A DNA stretch of 64,000 bases, from assembly GCA_965203805.1 (NCBI GenBank), contig OZ241917.1, forward strand, positions 1,952,001 to 2,016,000, read 5' to 3'. The notes below the pieces were generated by a model that was given only the letters and a program-made list of their open reading frames with translations, made no database searches and was not told the DNA's origin. Within the stretch, counting starts at the first letter, position 1, and each line of letters begins with the position of its first letter. The translations under genes and the position numbers were made by a program. This DNA comes from Candidatus Latescibacterota bacterium (GTDB taxonomy: Bacteria > Latescibacterota > UBA2968 > GCA-2709665). Below, in pieces: positions 58,537 to 64,000 of the stretch.

Positions 58537-59301
58537 ATGTCGGAAGATATCGGATCGATCCTCAAAAGCTGGCCGTACGATCCGCAAAACAGCATCCGTA
58601 AGGTAATCGATCCCCGCGGCGTGGAAAAAATCCAGGTTCGAGTGGACCAGGGCGCGTTCCAGGGTGTTCTGCAGATGGAACTGGACGGGCGCCCCGACGG
58701 CCAGAAACCCTACAATCAGACCTTCGTCCTGGACTACCACAAGAAACTCCTGCAGAAACACGTGGGCGCGTCCGGGTCGCCCGCGGGCTTCATTCTGGAC
58801 GAGCGCGCCTGTTCCGAAATCTTCGATGAAAGCCGGCGGATATACGAGCGTTACGTCTTTCTTCTGCAAATTCGGGACTACAACCGGGTTGTGCGCGATA
58901 CCGAGAGAAACATGGACGTTTTCCGATTTGTTAACAGGTATGCGGAACGCGCAGAAGACCGGGAAAATCTTGAAAAGTGGTGGCCGTACATTCTAAGAAT
59001 CCACGCCGTCGCCCGGGTGATGATTGCAACCCAGCAGGAAGATTACGATACTGCGCTCGAGATCATCCGCGAGGCGCAGGCGAAGATCGCAGACCTCGAC
59101 GGCGTTGAGGCCGAAGAGTTCGAAACGGAAAAAAAGCGGTCTCAGGACTCTCTTAGAGAATTGGAAGACGAAATACTGAGCAAACGCCCTCAGAGTCCCG
59201 CGGAAAAACTCAGGGAGGAACTGGCTCAAGCCGTCGAGGAAGAAGACTTCGAACGCGCCGCGGCGATCCGCGACAAGATATGGGAACTGGAAGAGAACTA
59301 G
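58537..59301 (+). CDS. UvrB/UvrC-motif-containing hypothetical protein
   Basis: MELDGRPDG, V.RDT.RN, C-terminal L.QAVEEEDFERAAAIRDKI UVR motif. Confidence 0.8.
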   Translation: MSEDIGSILKSWPYDPQNSIRKVIDPRGVEKIQVRVDQGAFQGVLQMELDGRPDGQKPYNQTFVLDYHKKLLQKHVGASGSPAGFILDERACSEIFDESRRIYERYVFLLQIRDYNRVVRDTERNMDVFRFVNRYAERAEDRENLEKWWPYILRIHAVARVMIATQQEDYDTALEIIREAQAKIADLDGVEAEEFETEKKRSQDSLRELEDEILSKRPQSPAEKLREELAQAVEEEDFERAAAIRDKIWELEEN

Positions 59302-59445
59302 CGTGTACCGGGTTTCCCCCATTGATCCGGAAAAGGCTTGACGTATCCGATCCGTTTCGGAATTCGCAGGAACACGGACGCGGCACCTTCATAATAGTCA
59401 AATTCAGAGGAATCCTGCAAGACATTTAACACACGGACGCGGGTG

Positions 59446-59633
59446 TTAACCTGCGATTCGTCATTTTTCGGGGACGTCAGTTCGAATATACGCAATTTGA
59501 AAAAGGCGATTTGACATCGGACTTCCAGGAACCTTCAGGTCACTCGACGGTAAAGAAAAGTGTGCTTCCGGACGACCTTTTCGGACCGTTTCGAAAGATC
59601 TCGTCACAGCATCGCGTTGTTGCTTTGGTCGAA
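59446..59633. repeat. dispersed intergenic repeat, copy 3
   Basis: Core 59455-59587 matches copies 1 and 2. 59611-59633 matches 20425-20447 at 18/23. Confidence 0.9.
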
Positions 59634-59721
59634 TTGACGTTAATGGAGATGACTCCAGGGAGTGCATCCGCGAGCAAGGGCCCGACCGCTGGTAGAATAA
59701 CCTCGCGGTATCAGAAACATC

Positions 59722-59750
59722 TTGACTTTTCGCTGCAAAACCAATACAAT
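59722..59750 (+). promoter_or_regulatory. sigma70 promoter of the ilvB leader
   Basis: TTGACT-N17-TACAAT. Confidence 0.7.
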
Positions 59751-59873
59751 ACCCGTCCACGGAAAGACGTTCATCCGTCGTCGCGTCTACCGCAGGTCGT
59801 GCTCCGGGTCGGGGTAATTATACAATCATAACAGGAAGACGAGGCCGCGGAGTCGTTTGAAGGAATTCTCCCA

Positions 59874-59981
59874 ATGGTTCCCAATCTGTGCGATCTCCCC
59901 GTTGCAGTCATGGTCGACAGAAGCGCCAGCCGGATCGGCGGCCTTCCGGTATCCGTATCGAGGTGGCGGCGGGGTGCGTAG
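59874..59981 (+). CDS. putative ilvB leader peptide (35 aa)
   Basis: SD AAGGA then MVPNLCDLPVAVMVDRSASRIGGLPVSVSRWRRGA*, with 10 Val/Leu/Ile codons. Confidence 0.6.
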   Translation: MVPNLCDLPVAVMVDRSASRIGGLPVSVSRWRRGA

Positions 59982-60009
59982 CCGGATTGGCAAATGCACG
60001 AATGTAGCC

Positions 60010-60043
60010 CGCCGTCGATGTCGATTCGACGGCGTTTTTGTTT
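60010..60043 (+). terminator. attenuator terminator upstream of ilvB
   Basis: CGCCGTCGA-N7-TCGACGGCG followed by TTTTTGTTT. Confidence 0.8.
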
Positions 60044-60062
60044 GCCGTCTTCGCGTATACAT

Positions 60063-60091
60063 TTGACGGATCGCCTGCACGTGTTTATATT
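60063..60091 (+). promoter_or_regulatory. possible second ilvB promoter downstream of the attenuator
   Basis: TTGACG-N17-TATATT followed by an AT-rich tract. Confidence 0.5.
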
Positions 60092-60140
60092 GCATTAAAT
60101 AATTATAAAATGGCATCTTAAATTCAGGAGTAAACGCCAG

Positions 60141-61916
60141 ATGGCAAAGCAATCCGAGCAAGTCCTCGCATCCGAAACCAACGGACGCCCTGAACGGCAG
60201 ATGGGGTTCGGTGGCGCGGCGGCGTCTCCCCCGTCACCGATGAAGGGCGCGGATATCCTGGTGGAAGCACTGGTCCGGGAAGGTGTCGATGTCATTTTCG
60301 GTTATCCTGGCGGCGCCAGTATGGAAATTCACCAGGCGCTCACACGTTCCAGAGTCCGAAACGTCCTGTGTCGGCATGAACAGGGTGAGATCTTTGCCGC
60401 AGAAGGCTTTGCCAAGGCATCCGGCAGGGTTGGCGTGTGTCTTGCCACGTCAGGTCCGGGAGCCACCAACCTGGTCACCGGGTTGGCCGACGCGAAGATG
60501 GATTCCGTCCCCCTGGTCGCCATAACGGGTCAGGTTGCGACACACGTGATGGGCGGCGACGCCTTTCAGGAAACTCCCATCGTCGAGGTCACCCGGCAGA
60601 TTACCAAACATAACTTCCTGATAGACCGCATCGAGGATATTCCCCGCGTCGTAAAGGAATCCTTCTACATCGCAAACACCGGCCGGCCCGGACCCGTGTT
60701 GATCGACGTACCGAAAGACGTGCAGCAGGCACTGCACGCGCCCCTGTGGCCGGACGACGTGGCCATTCGAAGCTACAATCCGAAGATCAGGGCCGACAGC
60801 GAGTCCATCGATCAGGTCGTCGGCGCGATCCGGGAAGCCAAACGGCCGGTTCTCTATGTCGGCGGGGGCATTGTGGCCGCCGGGGCCGCCGAGCAGCTGC
60901 GCGAGCTTGTCCGCAAGACCAATATTCCCGTGGTGCAAACGCTCATGGGGCTTGGCGTTTTTCCGGAAACCCACCCGCTCTCGCTCAGGATGGTTGGCAT
61001 GCACGGCACCGTATACGCCAACTACGCGATCAATCACGCGGACCTGTTGCTGGCCATGGGCGTTCGCTTCGATGACCGTGTCACGGGAAAGCTCGAGGAA
61101 TTCTGCAAACATGGCAGAATCGTGCACGTCGACATCGACCCGTCTGAAATCAATAAAAACAAGACCGCGCACATTCCTGTGGTCAGCGATGTCAGATTCG
61201 CACTTGAGGACCTGAATAAACAGGTGGAGCCCGGAGACTACACATCGTGGCATGCCGAATTGGAAACCTGGCGACGAAAACATCCGCTCGCTTACCAGGA
61301 AGCGGACGACGAAATCCTGCCTCAGCACGCCATCGACCTGCTGTACCGAATGACGGGCGGAAAGGCCGTGGTCTCTACGGGGGTGGGTCAGCATCAGATG
61401 TGGGCCGCCCAGTATTACCTGTTCGACGAGCCGCGCAACTGGCTCACGTCGGGAGGGCTTGGCGCGATGGGCTTCGGCCTGCCCGCCGCACTGGGCGCGC
61501 AACTGGCCAGGCCGGGCGAACTCGTCGTGAACATCGACGGCGACGGGAGCTTTGTGATGAATGTCCAGGAGCTGGCCACTCTATACGTTGAGAAGCTCCC
61601 CGTCAAGACGATCGTTATCAACAACCAGCATCTGGGAATGGTGGTTCAGTGGGAAGACCGGTTCTATCAGAGCAACCGGGGGCACACGTTCATCGGCGAT
61701 CCGGACGGCGGGATCCATCCCGATTTTGTCAGAATCGCAGAAGGTTTCGGAATTCCGTCGGCACGCGTAGACCGAAAGAAGGATCTTCAGAGCGCCCTGG
61801 AACGCCTGCTCGAGACACCCGGGCCCTATGTGCTGGATGTGATCGTGCCGTACCAGGAGCACGTCCTGCCCATGATCCCCGCCGGCCACACCTTCGCGGA
61901 TATTATAACCGAATGA
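60141..61916 (+). CDS. ilvB: acetolactate synthase large subunit
   Basis: [55 protein letters not shown]...N..LGMVVQW. Confidence 0.97.
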   Translation: MAKQSEQVLASETNGRPERQMGFGGAAASPPSPMKGADILVEALVREGVDVIFGYPGGASMEIHQALTRSRVRNVLCRHEQGEIFAAEGFAKASGRVGVCLATSGPGATNLVTGLADAKMDSVPLVAITGQVATHVMGGDAFQETPIVEVTRQITKHNFLIDRIEDIPRVVKESFYIANTGRPGPVLIDVPKDVQQALHAPLWPDDVAIRSYNPKIRADSESIDQVVGAIREAKRPVLYVGGGIVAAGAAEQLRELVRKTNIPVVQTLMGLGVFPETHPLSLRMVGMHGTVYANYAINHADLLLAMGVRFDDRVTGKLEEFCKHGRIVHVDIDPSEINKNKTAHIPVVSDVRFALEDLNKQVEPGDYTSWHAELETWRRKHPLAYQEADDEILPQHAIDLLYRMTGGKAVVSTGVGQHQMWAAQYYLFDEPRNWLTSGGLGAMGFGLPAALGAQLARPGELVVNIDGDGSFVMNVQELATLYVEKLPVKTIVINNQHLGMVVQWEDRFYQSNRGHTFIGDPDGGIHPDFVRIAEGFGIPSARVDRKKDLQSALERLLETPGPYVLDVIVPYQEHVLPMIPAGHTFADIITE

Positions 61917-61937
61917 ATCCAGATAAAGAGATTGACC

Positions 61938-61969
61938 TCCGGATGTTGTCCTGCAACATCCGGATTTTT
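61938..61969 (+). terminator. intrinsic terminator after ilvB
   Basis: Perfect 11-bp stem TCCGGATGTTG/CAACATCCGGA followed by TTTTT. Confidence 0.85.
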
Positions 61970-61979
61970 GTGCCTGCCT

Positions 61980-62008
61980 GGAACGCCGGCGGCAGCGTGC
62001 ATGTCTAA
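61980..62008 (+). promoter_or_regulatory. possible ECF-sigma (autoregulatory) promoter
   Basis: GGAAC-N18-GTCTAA upstream of the ECF sigma gene. Confidence 0.4.
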
Positions 62009-62146
62009 GAATCGGAAAGACGGGATTCGGGCTGCGCGCCCGGCCTCATAGCCTGACGAGGCTGTTTTTCAGACATCACCGCCGGTTGCCCTGTACAGCC
62101 GCGATAACTGCTGGTATGGACCCATGCCGTGTATTCGGGAGCCCGA

Positions 62147-62737
62147 ATGGGTGAAGATCTGGATCTGGTCAGACGCTGCCAGGAAGGAGACCATCAGGCG
62201 TATCGCGCGCTCGTGGAGCGCTACGAAGGGCGGATCTACAACCTTGCCTGCTCAATTGTCGGCGACCGGGAAGCCGCTCGCGATGCCGCACAGACCGCCT
62301 TCATTCGGGCATACCAGGCACTTCCCGGATTCCGTGCCGACGCCGGCTTCTACACCTGGCTCTACAGAATTGCCGTCAACGTCTGCCTCAACGCGGCCCA
62401 GAAAGAAAAACGCCGTCGCGATACCACCTCGCTCGACGATCTGCTGGAATCGGGGCATTTTTATTCGGAACACCTCTGGGAACGTCGCACACCCCACGGC
62501 GATTTCGAGCGGATGCAGTTGCAGGAAACGATCCAGAGAATTCTGGATCATCTTTCGCCCGACCACCGGCTGGTCATCGTCCTCAAGGACATACAGGGAT
62601 TCTCGCAGGAAGAAATTTCGGAAACGCTGAATTGTTCGGTCGGTACAGTCAAATCTCGTCTTTCTCGGGCACGCGCGAATCTGAGGGATTTACTCCGTCC
62701 CGTTTACGACGAATGGAGAGAGGGGTCAGCGCCATGA
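62147..62737 (+). CDS. ECF sigma-70 factor (RpoE/SigW-like)
   Basis: DAAQTAF, FYTWLYRIAVN, SQEEI...SVGTVKSRLSRAR. Confidence 0.93.
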   Translation: MGEDLDLVRRCQEGDHQAYRALVERYEGRIYNLACSIVGDREAARDAAQTAFIRAYQALPGFRADAGFYTWLYRIAVNVCLNAAQKEKRRRDTTSLDDLLESGHFYSEHLWERRTPHGDFERMQLQETIQRILDHLSPDHRLVIVLKDIQGFSQEEISETLNCSVGTVKSRLSRARANLRDLLRPVYDEWREGSAP

Positions 62738-63174
62738 GAGATTCCGACGTCAAAGTCCTTTTGCCCGACTACCTGGAATCCAATTTGCCGGCCGAACTGA
62801 TGCGGGAGGTCGAGGCGCACCTGGCAGTTTCGGCCGCCTGCCGGGATGAACTGGATTATCTCAAGCGCCTGCAACGCCTGCTTGCAGGCAGACCTGAATC
62901 CGCGTCGCCCGGGCTCTGGCGGAGCATTGCGCGGCAAATTGCCGTCGAAGACGTCGCGGAGCCGTGGCGACAGTTCGAATGGGTAGGAAAGAGGTTGCTT
63001 CCCGGCCTGGCCGCCGCAGTCCTGCTTCTGGCGGTCCTCGGCAATCTCACGACCGAAGCGCCGGCCCTTACGCTGGAAGACTATCTGAATGCCCAGTGGG
63101 ATGAACAGGAAACCGAAATGCTTACCGACGCCGAGCTAACCGGCGACGTCCTGGAAGCATTACAATCGAGGTAG
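62734..63174 (+). CDS. membrane-anchored anti-sigma factor (degenerate zf-HC2)
   Basis: ATGA overlap with the sigma stop, LLPDYL...VEAHLAVSAAC, TM segment LAAAVLLLAVL. Confidence 0.8.
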   Translation: MRDSDVKVLLPDYLESNLPAELMREVEAHLAVSAACRDELDYLKRLQRLLAGRPESASPGLWRSIARQIAVEDVAEPWRQFEWVGKRLLPGLAAAVLLLAVLGNLTTEAPALTLEDYLNAQWDEQETEMLTDAELTGDVLEALQSR

Positions 63175-63177
63175 TCC

Positions 63178-64000
63178 ATGTCCGAAAACGCAACCCGGCT
63201 CAAAGCCGTTCTGCTGGCGCTGGGCATACTTGTCGTCGGTGTGATTCTGGGCGCAACCACCCATCGCTGGCTTCCGCTTGTGGGCGATAAACAAGCGCAG
63301 AAACCCCCGGATCGCCCGCGCATTCCTCAATTGGGCGCTACGTCGGAACGCCTGTTGAAGCGATATTCCCGGCATCTGGATCTGACCGAAGCACAGCAGA
63401 CGGAGATCGATCAGATCCTGGACCATAGCCGGGAGCTGATGGTCGAGGTGCGGAAGAATATCGGTTCGAAGATCGAAACGGTGAGGCGGGACACGTGGGC
63501 CAGAATTCGCGACGTCCTCACACCGGGTCAGCAGGAGATGTTCGACGAGTTGACCAGCCCGGTTTCCCCGAATATTATCCTTCGGCAATTCAAGAGACGT
63601 CTCGGTCTCAACGAGGATCAGCAGGCGGAGATCTCGCGCATTCTCAAGACGAACTGGGCAGAAATGAGAAAAATGCGCCGGAAGATCCGGGAGAGATTGA
63701 AGAAAATTCATAAAGATTCGCGCACCGAACAACTCAACCTGCTCACACCTGAACAGAGGAAACGGGCCAAGGGCAGGTGGAACCCGGATCTATCGGGCGA
63801 GAAGCGTATGGAGATGGATCGCATCAGAAAAAAAAGCCGCGAGACAACGCGTCGGCTCTTTCAGGAACGCGACGAGCAGCTGGGTCTGGCGGTGCAGAAG
63901 ACGTGGCAGGAAATCAATACCCGCCTCGATTCGAGTCAGGTGGCGAAGTTCCATCGAATAACGGACGGAATCGAAAGGCGCATGAAGTGGGAGCGGCAGT
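63178..64000 (+). CDS. periplasmic Spy/CpxP-like LTxxQ-motif protein (runs off the window)
   Basis: Own translation shows an N-terminal TM, LDLTEAQQ, VLTPGQQ, LGLNEDQQ, LLTPEQR and no stop before 64000. Confidence 0.75.
   Translation, partial: MSENATRLKAVLLALGILVVGVILGATTHRWLPLVGDKQAQKPPDRPRIPQLGATSERLLKRYSRHLDLTEAQQTEIDQILDHSRELMVEVRKNIGSKIETVRRDTWARIRDVLTPGQQEMFDELTSPVSPNIILRQFKRRLGLNEDQQAEISRILKTNWAEMRKMRRKIRERLKKIHKDSRTEQLNLLTPEQRKRAKGRWNPDLSGEKRMEMDRIRKKSRETTRRLFQERDEQLGLAVQKTWQEINTRLDSSQVAKFHRITDGIERRMKWERQ

Overview
High-GC diderm bacterial DNA. The gene content (GWxTD protein, PD40+BamA fusion, PhyH, DUF6067, ceramidase-like and sulfatase paralogs) suggests an FCB-group organism such as Ca. 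Latescibacterota; this is an inference. About 48 CDSs and one tRNA-Thr(CGT) are supported; no CRISPR array, prophage or transposase was seen. 1-19.3 kb is a catabolic island. 20.5-34.3 kb is a minus-strand cluster (TPR-PPIase, GT4, TolC, bifunctional IPCT/DIPPS-like enzyme, MlaC/HpnM-like shuttle, MMPL, internally duplicated membrane protein, GMC and Gfo oxidoreductases, archaeal-type GGPP synthase) that looks like an uncharacterised glyco/inositol-lipid synthesis and export system. Other highlights are a ~135-180 bp intergenic repeat in three copies, a LysR-controlled short PurA paralog with an altered IMP-binding loop, a candidate sRNA with an anti-SD loop, a leader-peptide attenuator upstream of an orphan ilvB, and convergently encoded hydantoinase A/B subunits. 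All calls come from reading motifs by eye; no database searches were run.
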